Shown: positions 39,490 through 50,963 of the stretch, in pieces
Numbering within the stretch: the stretch's first letter is position 1
Layout: every line of letters begins with the position of its first letter
DNA from: Syncephalis fuscata S228
Lineage: Eukaryota > Fungi > Zoopagomycota
Length of the DNA stretch: 64,000 bases
Direction of reading: 5' to 3'
Assembly (NCBI GenBank): GCA_025786725.1
Contig: JAHLTZ010000008.1
Location: 1-64,000 of the forward strand
Program-made: the position numbers and the translations under genes
Notes under the pieces: generated by a model
The model's database searches: none
Told to the model about the DNA's origin: nothing
Seen by the model: only the letters and a program-made list of their open reading frames with translations

Positions 39490-42069
39490 TTAGCACGATT
39501 TCTTCATCGAATACATGGCCGATACTTGATCGTTGCTGGGCAATGATAGATCTCCATATACTGACTGAGCGGTATACATATTGCCGCCGCGTTCAGGCAG
39601 AGTAGCGCCTAATGCGTCCACTTCACCTGATGACTTGGCTGCTTCACCTCCGAGCGTAGCTAATATGGTGGAAGTGACAGCTGTCACTGCTACAGGTGCA
39701 TTACCGGCCTTTGATGCTATGTTGATGGCTTTACCATCTGGAATGGCAATCAACTCGATTGGGTGGGTATCTGGATTGTTAGCATCGTAGGCTCGATCAA
39801 TAATGTAGTAGCCGCGACGTTCCAGCTGAATAATATCTCCCTTGGCCAATGTGCTCACGTTGTAATCGGCCAATGCTTCTTCGCAGAATTCAGTGATGGC
39901 AGTGAGATAGTCAGCTACGTTATCATCTTCCTCTAGTTTCTTTTTATTAATCAAATAATCGTAATCGTGTAGCTTTACAGAAACCAATGGACGATCTGGT
40001 ACCGCTGATAGCCATGTCACCTTCTTTTTGGTCAGTTTAGGATTGCCGGCCAAATGCAAACGTAGCTGCATCTTATTGACTGCACCAGTAACTTCGTCAC
40101 ACTCAATGGATTCAACAAAAGCGTTGCCCCAATCCATAAGTGTAATTTCTTCTCCCTTTTCAAAAGTGGCGGCATCGGCTTGTTCCAAATAGATCTGTGA
40201 ATTATAGACAGTCTGTTTCTCGCCTACTTGTGGATTCTTTTTATGCTTTAATACTGTGCGTATTTCAGGACTGGCTGGACCATCCAATAAATCGGCCACC
40301 ACGCTAATTGAATTCAAAATATTATAATAAATATATATTACTATTACAGCATAGTATATAACTTACCAGTTTTCTTTGGTAATAGCTGTATGGCGTGGTG
40401 CAACTGGGTCAATAACCTTTTTGTTAAGCGCCCACAGCTTGTCCCATTCCAATAACAATTGATTTTGAGAAGCACCTTGCATTAAAATGTATTGACGCAA
40501 TGCATCAACAGTCATACCACGACGACGAATACCACGGACAGTTGGGAAACGAGGATCGTCCCATCCACCAACATGGCCTTGGTCGACAAACCATTGTAAC
40601 TTACGCTTGGACAAAAGCGTATACACAAAGTTCATGCGGCTAGAGAGGGGGGATAGCAGATTGTTAAGTATGCTATTTAATGTTTAATATGTATTATTCC
40701 TTACCTGTAGTCCCAGATATGTACCCAGCGTAGATTTAGTGCCTTTAAGAACCACTCGTATTGTGGATTACGGTCACGATATTCGTTAGTACGTAAAGCA
40801 TGGGTAACTCCTTCAATGCTGTCAACAATAGGACAGGCAAAATCGTAGGTTGGGTAAACTTTCCAACGATCACCAGTCAAATGATGTGGCTGGACATTGC
40901 AACGATAGATGACTGGATCGCGTAGAGTCTTGTTTTTGGCGTCAACGCTGATCTTGGCACGTAGACAGCATTTAAGACCAAACTCAGTAGCGTTAGTCAT
41001 TTCTTCAAATCGTCGTAGACTTTCCTCTACTGAAATGTCACGATTGCTAGATGCAATACCATCCATACGTTGTGCACGCATTGTAGCCTGATCGGTATCA
41101 TCAACGTAGGCCTTGCCTTCACGAATCATCTGCAGAGCATATTCGTATAGTTTGTCGAAATAATCGGATGTATGTGTGATAACATCACCACGGATACCCA
41201 ACAGCTCCAAATCTTCAGTAATACTCTCTTCAAATTCGCTCTTTTCTTTTGAAGGATTCGTATCATCAAAACGTACAATAAGCTTGCCTTCATACTGGCG
41301 TGCAAAGTAGTCGTTCAAAAGAGCTGCTTTAGCGTGACCAATGTGCAGATAGCCACTTGGCTCAGGGGGGAAGCGAGTGACTACGCCTCCTTTAACTGCA
41401 TCTTTAAGTCCAATATCGAATTTGCCTTGGTCGCGACGGTCTTTAACGGCATGGGCGGCAGTTTGCTGGGCAGCAATGGCCACGACTACAGGCGCCAATG
41501 AGGCTATATGTTGATACCAGCGTGGTAGAGCAGTGCCAGCAGGGCCGTCTGGGTTTTTGATAACACGTCCAAATACTGGCGAAGCTTTAAGTGCACCCCA
41601 GCATGCAATATCGGCCAAAGAAAGACGATGGCTAACAACGAACGTGCGCATTAATAGCCGGTGGTTCAGCTCTTCTAAAGCTGGTTGCAGAACCTTAAAA
41701 TCGGTAGAGGTTAAACGCTGGGCAAACTCTGTCCACTCGGTAATCTATAGCTAATAGTAAGTATAGTAATTGTAAGTATAATAGATTACTACTTACCTCT
41801 TGACGATCAGTATCGTTATCGCCAGTCAGTAAAATTCCTTGGAACTTGTCAGCCAAGCGCTGGAGAGCTGCTGCTTCACCAGTAGTTGTCTCGCTATTTA
41901 ATACCAAGCGAGCTGTTGCTTGATCGTCCAGCTCTTTAACATCCTCCCAAACTAGCTTAATAGCATTATTGCCTTGTTCCGCAGAGTTGATAATATGCAC
42001 AAGCGTATTAAGAGCTGCTGGAAACGGAGCAGCCTTAAGTGCCAACGATACTTTAATATCACTCGACAT
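39490..42069 (-). CDS. GUS1: Cytosolic glutamyl-tRNA synthetase with N-terminal GST-like domain; three introns
   Basis: [20 protein letters not shown] (HIGH), [39 protein letters not shown]. Confidence 0.96.
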
Positions 42070-42241
42070 GATGAATAGGATACAAAAAGATAGAAAGCAA
42101 AGTATGGTGCGTCATCCAAATAAAACATCAGTATTTTAATAGTTTTTATTTTTATTTTATTTTTTTATACTTATGCTGTTATCAGATATTCTATTCCACT
42201 ATTAACATTGTATATCGAGTAGTAACTTTAACGCAGCTATA

Positions 42242-43437
42242 ATGTCGTTTATCAAGCAAGTGCAGTCCAAGCTGCCGTCGCCCAAAATGTCAGCTTTTCT
42301 AGCGACGGTTGGCACTCTGTTCGGTATAAAAGTTTACGATAAGCGTGAATGCCGCGCCATTCAAGACCGATTTAAAGAACAGGCGCGTGTTAAAGCCGAC
42401 GCGCCTATGGCAGTGAATGAGCAGCCACGTCGGGTTGAAGTCTACCTGGTACCACCGCCAGGCGACGGCTTATACAAGCCAGTCGAGTATTTTGACCGCT
42501 GGGTCAAAGTAAGTGAGCTGGTATGAACACAGCTGTATCAAACTGACTTTTGTTTAATAGCCAATTTGGGACGCTGCAGCTATGGATTATGATTTAATTA
42601 AATGTAAGCATGCTGGCCAGGCACACCATCGCGCACGTGAAGCTGTAAAATGGCGTCGTCATCATTCTTTGGCCCAGCCGCTACTTTCAAGTACGGCTAG
42701 CGATAAACGACCTGGCACACCAGTCGTTAAACCAAGTCCAGAAGGTTTAACGCCAGACAGTGAACTGCCTCATGGATTTACACTTGAAGAATTGATACAG
42801 ATGGCTCTTAAAGGCACACCGGCCTATGCTTTGGTGGCCATTGGGCCGTTAGCATTTGTTGAAATGGTTAACGGTGCCGCTGAAGGATGTGCAATAGTAA
42901 ATACACGTGCAGAAAAGTTTATTTCACCTGAAGAAGAGTTAAAGCAACGCGCAAAAGATGTTGGTTTAGAAGAACAAGATCTAAAGTTAATTGAAGAAGA
43001 AGAAAAGGCACAAGCTAAAGCAAATACTTTACAGATGGCCAATCATTTTTATTGGATGATAATACTGCACCTATGTATGGTGAACCGGATCTAAAAGCAT
43101 TGCCTCTAGTCGATATGATTCCATATCGCAATCGTATTGGCTGGTCAACGATTCCGGGCCGTATTGTACGTGGTTCTATCAACGACGACTAGCTGAGGCG
43201 ATAGGTGCCGAGGCACTACGAATTGCACTAGAGGCTGAACGACCAATGACCGCTGCCGATCTAGGCAGTATTGAGCAGGCCGCAGTCGATACGCTAGAGG
43301 GCAAAGCAAACACACTACGAGCCGTAGATCCATCGGCATCGGCCGCGGATAGTACACAAAGTAATGCACACGATGCTGGTTTAAACATTGATGAAACAGT
43401 TCGCGAAGCGCTGTGTACTTTTACAATGGCAAATTAG
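42242..43437 (+). CDS. TIM54: Mitochondrial import inner membrane translocase subunit Tim54; one intron, two apparent 1-nt deletions (~43023, ~43170)
   Basis: KLPSPK...YDKRECRAIQ, VYLVPPPGDGL...YFDRWVKPIWDAAAMDY. After frame repair: IPYRNRIGWSTIPGRIV.WFYQRRLAEAIG. Confidence 0.88.
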
Positions 43438-43569
43438 ACAATAAATAACATCGTACTGCATTTATTATTTCACTTTCTTTTCATTTCCTTACTCGACCAT
43501 TCGAGATATTAAACACGAAGGTCTTGATAGTTTACAAAGTGCTTTGTTACTAGTTGCCAATAGCACACT

Positions 43570-44330
43570 ATGGACGTAGATTATAGTGCAGATTTTGCCA
43601 GTGATGGCTCATTGCTACCGGCTGCCACAGCAGGAGCTGCAGCAACAGAGCAGACTATACCTGCACCGCAACAGAAAAAGTTTCATCGCGGCCGTGTCGA
43701 GGATACAGACGCGTCTGTACTGCAGCTGGGCGAAGGTAGATCTAATGGCCAGTGTCTAAATTGCAAATTACTTACTACATAGGTTAGATTTCAATACTGC
43801 CGAATGTCTGTTTGTAACCGAGGTGCAACTTATTTTGCGAGATGTGCGTCAAAAGAAAATACAGCAAATGGGTGAGAAGAGTCTAGGCGGGTATGTATGC
43901 AAAGGGACACTGCAGTAATACACAAAAGTGCTCACTACTGGCTACAGTGTATTTCAAAAGGTATATGCTCATGCTGAGCAGTTTTCACGATTTAAGGATG
44001 ACCATGGAGCGCAGGAAGTACGACGGTAGGTTGCTCCATTTGTGCCTGCCATCGATGGGCTGCATCAATAGCATTGCGGCTCACCTGTTGATCTTTACTG
44101 TATATAGAACGGTCAATCGGGCCCAGCTTGCTCCTTTTGAAGCGTCGCAGCTGGCCAATCTTTGCTGTGAGGACCCAGATGAGGCCAAATCATTAATTCC
44201 AAGGTAGTTAGCCGGTTGAATATTAGCCGTAATTCTAACGACAATTGTATCGTATAGCCTGGCAATGCACATAGATGATGAACGATTGCAAACGCTACTG
44301 ACTGAGATACAGTCATTTAAGAAGAGCTGA
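43570..44330 (+). CDS. RPB4: RNA polymerase II subunit RPB4, multi-exon
   Basis: EDTDASVLQLGEDFNTAECLFVTEVQLIL; LAPFEASQLANLCCEDPDEAKSLIPSL; IDDERLQTLLTEIQSFKKS*. Confidence 0.92.
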
Positions 44331-45264
44331 GGCATTTAATATTTTATAAATAGTTTGTATCAAATGATTGTCCATTATTCAGTGTTACAGTGACTAATCA
44401 GCCGCAAATCAGCTGATCTTGCTATGACCAGTAGCTACCTTAATATTATATTCAATGCTTGCTTAATTTCTATTGTTTGTTGCAATGTGTGAATAATATA
44501 TATATATAGTTGCTTGTTAATCATTAAAATTACTACTACTAGATTAAATCATTAATGGTTTTTTTGTTAATTACAAGCTACATGTGATCTTTTTCTAAAC
44601 GTTGTATTAGTTTCAAATGTGTGATTCTTGATATTAAGAGTGGCTAGACCTTTGCGATTTATTCATTATGTTAAGTAAAAGTGCTCATTACATCATTGTT
44701 GCAATTTTTCCTAAGACCGAATTGAACAACCATTTCTTTGTGCAGGGCTGGTCATGATGGTATCACGTTGATGTTGTTGCTATTTTAGGTATTGTTCTGC
44801 GTTGAGCATATCTTGTTGCTGTAGTTTTGTGCAGCTTTTGGCCTTTGATTGTTTTGCTTTTAGAAGCAAGGCCCGTATATTGTTATTGCTGTTTAATAAA
44901 TATTGCATATACAAAACGTATTTTATTTAACTATTATTGCAAAAGCACAATTTAATTTGTATTATGCTTTAATATAAGTTGCATTATAATTTAAGACATG
45001 CTATATTGCATTTTGATAGACTTTATGAACATGTTTTAATAGTACAGAGTGCTAGATGGCCATAACAAGTAATGTACATCGGATGAATCAGGAATACAAA
45101 ATAGTCTGCATATTTCGTTAATTTATAACCAGTTTGCGATGTTCAAATATGCATACGCCTGGTACATACATATCTACACACATACATACATATATATATG
45201 TAAGTGTTCAAGGATCTGTCGTGGTACACCAATACTCTTTTGCCTGACACCCTTTGTTATTGCT

Positions 45265-47517
45265 ATGTCTTTGTTACCACTGTCGCCCGCTGTCAGAATT
45301 GATAGGACCAAGGCTGTGACGGTCCCAAATGCCAGCCCAGTGCCTAAACCAAGTGCCACATTTCCTAGCGCTGTTAACTACGAGTCACCACTTATTCGTA
45401 GTTGGCAGCAACATCCTAGCCTGGCTCGTGAACGTTCGTTAGCTTCTTTTACAGCAAGAGAACTTACCCATATCATTAATGGGAATGCCGCACGCACTGA
45501 GCGTATCGAAGCCATCCGCCAATTATTGGAGCAAGAACCAATATTTGACAAAATAAATAGCTATCATCTTTGTCATGAAGATCTTTATCTTCGTGAGCTT
45601 CAGATAATGGAGCGTTTTAAAGCAGTATGTCTAGAAAATCGCTGGTCTACTGAGGACAAGGCCATCGCCTACGACGAAATCTACGATGATCTTTCCGTGA
45701 TTACCAACAATAACGTCGTCATCCAAACGCTTAAAAGCCAAGGTACCGAGGAGCAGCAAGCACTATGGGTTCCATTGGCTGAGAACTGGGCCATTCTGGG
45801 CTGCTATGTGCAAACTGAAATGGCCCATGGATCGAATATCCGTGGAATTGAAACAACGGCCACTTTTCTGCCTGCCACCGATGAAATAGAGCTCAATACA
45901 TCAACACTATCGAGTGTCAAATGGTGGGTAGGTGGAATGGGCAAAACAGCCAATATGGCTTTAATCATGGCCCAATTGGTCCTGCCAAATGGACACCATG
46001 CTGGTGTGTTTCCATTTATGGTGCAAGTCCGTTCATTCAAGGATCATACACTGCTTCCTGGAGTGGAAACAGGCGATATTGGCCCAAACTTTGGATACAA
46101 TTCTATTGATATCGGCTATTTAGTTTTGAAAAAAGTACGCATACCCCGGATTAATATGTTAATGCGTCACGTAGAATTGACACGTGACGGGAAGCTACGA
46201 CGTCAGGCCCAGGTCGACCAAAGGCACGTCTATGGACTTTGCTAAACAGCCGTGTTGCCGTAATATCACAAGCTAGCTCTGTCCTATCGATCGGCTGTAC
46301 AATTGCTACACGATATTCTGTAGTGCGTCATCAATTCAGCCATTCAGATGCAAATAGAAATGCACCTGAAGTGGCCATTCTAGACCATCAGAGCCAGCAG
46401 CACCGAGTACTAGTTCCGCTAAGTGAAGCATATGCCTTCCATTTCGCTGGCCAAAGGCTAGGGCAACTGTACCGCCAATGTATTTCACCGCGGCTGTCCT
46501 CAAGTGCAGCAGCGGGACTTTTGGCGAGAGTGCATACTTCTGCATCAGCATTGAAGCCATATATGACTAGCAGAACTTCTGAGTCGCTCGAGACACTTCG
46601 TCGTGCATGTGGCGGTCACGGCTACAGCCAATTCAGTGGCATGCCGTCATTGGTTGCATCATATGCACAATTCAACACTGGAGAAGGCGAGAATCATGTC
46701 ATGGTTCAACAAGCTGCTCGTAGCCTTCTTAGACGCTATGAGTTTTTGCAAATGATTGCAACTGCCTCTCATACCGCAAGCGCTGATGAGCGCTATATGT
46801 TACCTGTGCCGATGCAGCAGCAACCGTATAAACGCTGTTCCGCAATGATAGCAAATGATTTGTGTAACCAAAGATGTATTTGTACGCATTTCAGCGTTGC
46901 GCAGCTCATCACTTGGCGTGCTTATATCAACGCCAGAAACAAGGCGCATCATTTGCAGAGTGCCATGTCGATGTTGAACGAGTTGTCCGTGCACATGCTG
47001 AGCTGTATGTGGTGCGCAGCTTTGTAGAGCGCTTTATCCAGAGCTTAGCCTTGAGCACCATACATCAGCCGGAGAAGCAGCACCGATCGATATACCGCAG
47101 CCAATCCATAGCGTACTAAGCCGTCTATGTGATTTGTTTGCACTATCTTGCTTGTCAACACACCTAGGAGACCATTTGGAAGCCGGCTACCTCCAGCCGA
47201 CACACGGACCATTGATTAGAGCAGCTATACGCCAGCTACTGCAGGAAATACGACCAGATGCATTGGCACTTGTTGATGCATTTAATCTATCGGATCGTCG
47301 TCTAGGAAGTGCACTTGGTCGATGGGACGGCCGAGTCTACGAAGCATTGGCAGCAATGGCACAATCTAGCCCAATGAATCGCACCGATGTCACACCAGGC
47401 TATGAGCCGCCCGCAGGAGCACTAGCCATTGACGGCCACTCCTACCAAGGACTGAAAGGCATATTTGAAGACGGCTGGCATCGTGTTGGCCATACTCGCA
47501 TTCCGGCCAAACTTTGA
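45265..47517 (+). CDS. Peroxisomal acyl-CoA oxidase, copy 2 (intronless; 1-nt deletions at ~46236, ~46869, ~47029)
   Basis: Same motifs as copy 1 and largely identical DNA from ~45730 onward; ends -AKL*. Confidence 0.92.
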
Positions 47518-48245
47518 GTTATTTGTAAATATTTAAACACTGTATCTATCGTAGCAATATAGTTATCTAATTCTTCAATAAAATATTAAGTTAAAAAATT
47601 ATAAACATATAGTCATTCATTTTTATATTAAGATGGTACTGGGGAGAATAATTGTGAGTATGAATATTTTTGCTTATTAGAAAGTGTGGATTGTTAAGCT
47701 AATTTATAGTTATAATATTTATTAGTAATATATCGTGTTAACGATGTTAAATGTGCAATTTCCAGATTAAAAATTGTTGTGTCCGCCAGGGACTATCAGG
47801 GACTATCAGGGATCATCGGTACATTTGGCAAATTATACTAGTGTTATTTATAAAGTGTAATGAGGATGGTATAACTAATGTTTTTATGATTCTAACAAGC
47901 CATAAGTGTTTAAATAAGAATAATAAACATTTTATTTTGATTGCTATATTAAATAAATGTAAACCATTAAATTATAAACATAACATCATTATTATTAAAA
48001 TAAAATCATGTTTTATTACAAGTTTGCACGACTGAATAGACACAGTAGTTATGCGTATACTTGCTGATAATATAATGATTTATTGATTAAAAGGCGAATA
48101 AACCGAAAGACTGGCTGAAACTTGATGTATGAAAGAACTGGACAGCAGATGTAGAATGGTCTTGTTCTCCACTTAACGTATACCTAAAGTATGTTGAACT
48201 AGCAGTCCAATCATACTGCCAATGCCAATGTCTTGAATGTAACGG

Positions 48246-50963
48246 TTATTCTATATTTACAAACAATATAACATGTATCCTATAATTAGCGTGTAAAGCC
48301 ATAGTATGCAATACTACTTACCTTCTATTAATATTAATTATGGATGCACATATTATGTGTAAGTAATTGATGTATAATAAAGCAGTATACAATACTACTT
48401 ACAGACAATTAGTATTAAATCATTGATGTATAAGCTATATAATTAGTACATATCTAGCTAGAATACAATATTACTTACGACCTATTAATATTAATTTGTT
48501 GAGGGACACATTACATGGTATATAATTAGCGCATTAATAAGTAATATAAAATATTATTTACCACCTATCAGTGTTAAATTGTTAATATACATAGTGATTA
48601 ATATACGATACAACCTACATGCTATTAACATCAAGTTGTTGATATAAATTTAATTAATGTATAGTCGATTAATATACAATAGCACTTACGAACTATTAGT
48701 ATCAAGTCGTTGATTCACACAATGCATAGCAATTTGTTAATATATAGTCAATTGATATACAGTACCACTTACGACCTTTGATATTGGTTCGATGATACAC
48801 ACAATGCATAATCTATAGTTAGTGCATAGTTAATTGTCATACAGTATCACTTACAAACTAATGATATTAAATTATTGATATACAGAATATATAGCATGCG
48901 ATTAATGCATAGTCGATTAATACACATTGTCACTCACCATCTATTAGCATCAATTTGTTGATAAACACAATGAGCATGCAATCAGTGTATGTTTATTTAA
49001 CGGATAATGTGACTTACTACCTAATATTATTAAATTGTCAATAGAGACGATGGATAGCATTTAATCAGCACAAATTCTATTAGTATACAGTATCACTTAC
49101 GAGCTATTAATGTTAAGTTATTGAAGCACACCGAATGTAGCATATAATTAATGCATAAGCAATTAATGCACAACACCACTTACATCTATTAGAATTAAGG
49201 CATTGGCATACATAATATTTAGTTGAAGCATATTCAATTAATATAAAGTATTACTTACCACCTATTGATATTAAAATAGCAATACACACAGCGCATAGAG
49301 TTTGGTTAGTATATAACCAGTCGATACGCAGTATTACTTACTACCTATTGATATTAGAAGATCAATACACACAACGCATAGAATTTGATTAGTATATAGC
49401 CAGTCAATATGTAGTTTCACTTACGGCCTATTAACATCAGTTTATTGATACAAGTGGCACGCATTATGCGATTAATGTATAGCTAATTAATATTCAATAC
49501 TACTTACCACCTAGTGGCATAGAATTGTTTATACAAAATAAAAATATGATTAGCAAGCAGCTAAATAAACATAATATGACTTACATGCTGTTGATATTAA
49601 ATTATTGATATGCATAATACATGGTATGTAATTAGTGTATAGTCAATTAATATTAAACAAGTGGCAACTCTAGAAAGGCAAAATAAGTGGTGTAAGGAGA
49701 GGTATAGAACTAATATGTGCTGCAGATGTAGTAGTGGAGAAGTAGAGACGTGGCAACATATAGTGAAGTGTGAAGGAAACGGACTAGATAGGGAAAAAGA
49801 AGCAAGAGATAAAATTAAAGACATGACAAGAAGAAAGGTGGAGTGGATAAATGAAAGAAGATCGAGAAAAGACCCGCCAATGAGACTGTTAAATGTGGGG
49901 GAGGTGGCTGAATCTATTGTCCCAGATCAGCCAATCAGCAACACCGGATTTCTATTAGGATTGGTGAGCTCACAAACACTATACAGTATGAAAAGAGAGG
50001 GGGTACGCGAAGAAGAAAAAAGAGAACTAATAAAAACAGCAACAAAGACGGCATTGGACTTTGTATGGAAGAAGATATGGAAGACAAGATGCAAGCAAGT
50101 GGACGAAGCAATAGGAAGATGGAAAACAGTACGTACCGACACACAAATAGCAGGTCAACCAGAACCACAAGAAGGTCCGGCAACAAACGCCGAAGGCCAG
50201 AGAGGCCTGAGGCAAATTTATACCTGGGACCACATCAATAAAATGGCGTTCGACGTCGAACGCCACCTAAAGATGGTGGCCCCCGCGTGGAGTCTATAGG
50301 ACCCGGCTCCATGCAAAAACGTGGCGGTCCACTCGGTATCAACAATGCTACATTGTTTAATATTTTAAAAGCTTTATTATAATTAACGCGATAACAGCAT
50401 GACACTGAGAAGCAGCACAAATTCTTTAATTATGCGCAGCGGGGGCCCACAAGCTCTTCAAAATAAAAATAAAAATAAATAATATTAAGCAAGTGGTATA
50501 TACAGAAAATATCATGTAAGCAATGTATATCCAATCAATATACAGTACAACTTACGACCTATTGATATCAAACCATTGATACACACAGTACATATCGTTT
50601 AAGCGGTGTATAACTAATTGTTATAAAATACCACTTACATGCTATTAAATCATTTATACACGACATGATTATATAATTAGTGCGTATCCAGCCAGTATGC
50701 AATGCTACTTACGATCTATTCATACTGATTTATTGATACATACAGCAAGTAATATAGTAAGTATTGTAACAACAATCCACAATTCCTACTAACCATCTAA
50801 TATCACAATCAATTAAACATACTGTCAGCAAGTATATCGATTGGTATATTAATCTTAATTGCAACATACTACGAAGGACCAGAGATGGCTTAGCCTCAAC
50901 CATGGCTGTAGTAGCTACAAAAGCCACGAGAAGAGTGCAAACAACGGCAATAAAGAGCTTTAT
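48246..50963 (-). CDS. Micro-exon gene for a small secreted Cys-rich peptide: signal-peptide exon (50963-50870), 21 three-nt micro-exon cassettes, terminal exon from 48250; start codon reads ATA
   Basis: Repeated plus-strand ACTTAC-NNN-CTA (minus TAG|NNN|GTAAGT) every ~80 bp. Spliced product (M)KLFIAVVCTLLVAFVATTAMVEAKPSLVLR-NDPCPCGRSDARNVCLPCGQE*. 5' and 3' flanks are homologous to the paralog at 53072-53335. Confidence 0.75.
48251..50869. repeat. Diverged tandem array of ~80-83-bp intron+micro-exon units, interrupted by a LINE fragment
   Basis: Approximate unit consensus ACTTAC NNN CTATTRATATTAAATTRTTGATAYACA...ATTAGTGYATAGTCAATTAATATACAGTAYC. Intron lengths 54-80 nt, modal 80. Confidence 0.92.
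49665..50479 (+). mobile_element. 5'-truncated non-LTR retrotransposon (LINE) fragment with ORF2 C-terminal CCHC zinc knuckle, 3' UTR, A-rich tail and 17-bp flanking duplication
   Basis: ORF 49661-50299 contains CCRCSSGEVETWQHIVKC and a downstream VWKKIWKTRC motif. Purine-rich strand, tail (AAAAAT)n to 50479. Flanks TAATATTAAACAAGTGG (49648-49664) and TAATATTAAGCAAGTGG (50480-50496). Confidence 0.85.

Noticed and set aside
34281-47517. Programmed ribosomal frameshifting or true pseudogenes in ACOX copies 1 and 2
   Set aside because: Lesions are single-base losses at different positions in otherwise near-identical copies, with no slippery heptamers seen. The same pattern occurs in TIM54, so error is more parsimonious (unverified).
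48251-50869. CRISPR-like array interpretation of the ~80-bp repeats
   Set aside because: Eukaryotic context and no cas genes. Units are diverged along their full length, and the conserved parts are exactly spliceosomal donor/acceptor signals around 3 variable nt.
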